Source: Candidatus Woesearchaeota archaeon (GTDB lineage Archaea; Nanobdellota; Nanobdellia; SCGC-AAA011-G17; ARS1178). From it: 33,076 nucleotides of DNA. Positions 32,934 to 33,076 of the stretch are shown piece after piece. Both the position numbers and the translations under genes were made by a program. The DNA is taken from assembly GCA_964367025.1 (NCBI GenBank), contig CAYIWE010000002.1, positions 1 through 33,076 of the forward strand. The letters are read 5' to 3'. Position 1 is the stretch's first letter. Every line of letters starts with the position of its first letter. Below the pieces are notes generated by a model. The model made no database searches, was not told where the DNA came from, and was given only the letters and a program-made list of their open reading frames with translations.

Positions 32934-33072
32934 TGCGGGGAGCAGGATTCGAACCTGCGAAGGCACTAAGCCACCAGGTGTCTTAACTTTTTTGTGGAAC
33001 CTAAGCTTGGTCTCCTGTTTTCTTTAAACAAGATTAAGGATCTGGCCCATTTGTCCACTCTGGCATCCCCGC
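32934..33072 (-). tRNA. Intron-containing type II tRNA, best model tRNA-Leu(UAG) with two introns
   Basis: On the minus strand I can fold these elements: acceptor GCGGGGA/UCCCCGC with A73; U8; D-arm CCAG-AGUGGACAA-AUGG; T-arm GCAGG-UUCGAAU-CCUGC; and a long variable arm GGC-UUAGU-GCC. At 139 nt it is about 55 nt too long. Removing + strand 33007-33041 and 32980-32999 gives a perfect anticodon arm CCAGG-CUUAGGA-CCUGG. The tRNA identity is firm; the isotype and intron model are moderate. Confidence 0.8.
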
Positions 33073-33076
33073 ATAT

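Noticed and set aside
32934-33072. Single-intron readings of the tRNA: tRNA-Leu(UAA) using the CUUAA at minus-strand nt 35-39, or tRNA-Lys(CUU) using CCAGA-UCCUUAA-UCUUG
   Set aside because: The UAA reading leaves two extra nucleotides (UC) between the anticodon stem and loop. The CUU reading puts C at invariant position 33, leaves a C-U mismatch in the stem, and conflicts with the long variable arm and A73. The two-intron UAG model gives a flawless arm, so the alternatives are kept only as fallbacks.
1-33076. CRISPR arrays, rRNA genes, transposases/integrases or prophage remnants; the terminal tRNA as an integration site
   Set aside because: I saw no regularly spaced direct repeats, no rRNA-like conserved stretches and no recombinase-like ORFs. 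The tRNA is intact at its 3' end, and no direct repeat of its 3' half was noticed within the window.

Overview
This is a visibly AT-rich, very gene-dense window of clearly archaeal origin. Its content and style (short proteins, many overlapping start/stop codons, near-leaderless BRE/TATA promoters, an intron-containing tRNA, many cysteine-rich surface proteins) suggest a reduced-genome DPANN-type archaeon; that assignment is inference. Positions 1-4000 (minus strand) carry the conserved archaeal informational string L44e-S27e-aIF2alpha-Nop10-PAC2, plus a GINS-like gene and archaeal phosphoglycerate mutase. Nop10 is missing from the supplied ORF track. Positions 4190-6020 hold a small HTH protein, an AbrB/RelE toxin-antitoxin pair and two tandem paralogous single-pass membrane proteins. 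Positions 6218-13143 form a surface-glycosylation block: a sequon-dense secreted glycoprotein, two divergent GT-C membrane glycosyltransferases, a processive GT2 synthase and a membrane-anchored protein. Positions 13133-17400 are housekeeping genes (MBF1, METTL5-like methyltransferase, RNA polymerase subunit L, AMMECR1, signal peptidase I, TFS, a membrane protein, PCNA). Positions 17786-32870 form one long plus-strand accessory locus. It encodes four proteins with archaeal class III (type IV pilin-like) signal peptides, an A24 prepilin peptidase and two large cysteine-rich secreted proteins. Nested inside it (22938-28482) is the most interesting element: a seven-gene radical-SAM peptide-maturation cassette. 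It comprises two HxsD-like proteins, two SPASM radical SAM enzymes, a B12-binding radical SAM enzyme, a radical SAM-PqqD fusion and a 108-aa His/Ser/Cys-rich candidate precursor. It looks like an expanded archaeal relative of the His-Xaa-Ser (Hxs) system. The window ends with a minus-strand type II tRNA (best model tRNA-Leu UAG) that seems to need two introns removed. I saw no CRISPR array, rRNA, transposase or integrase.
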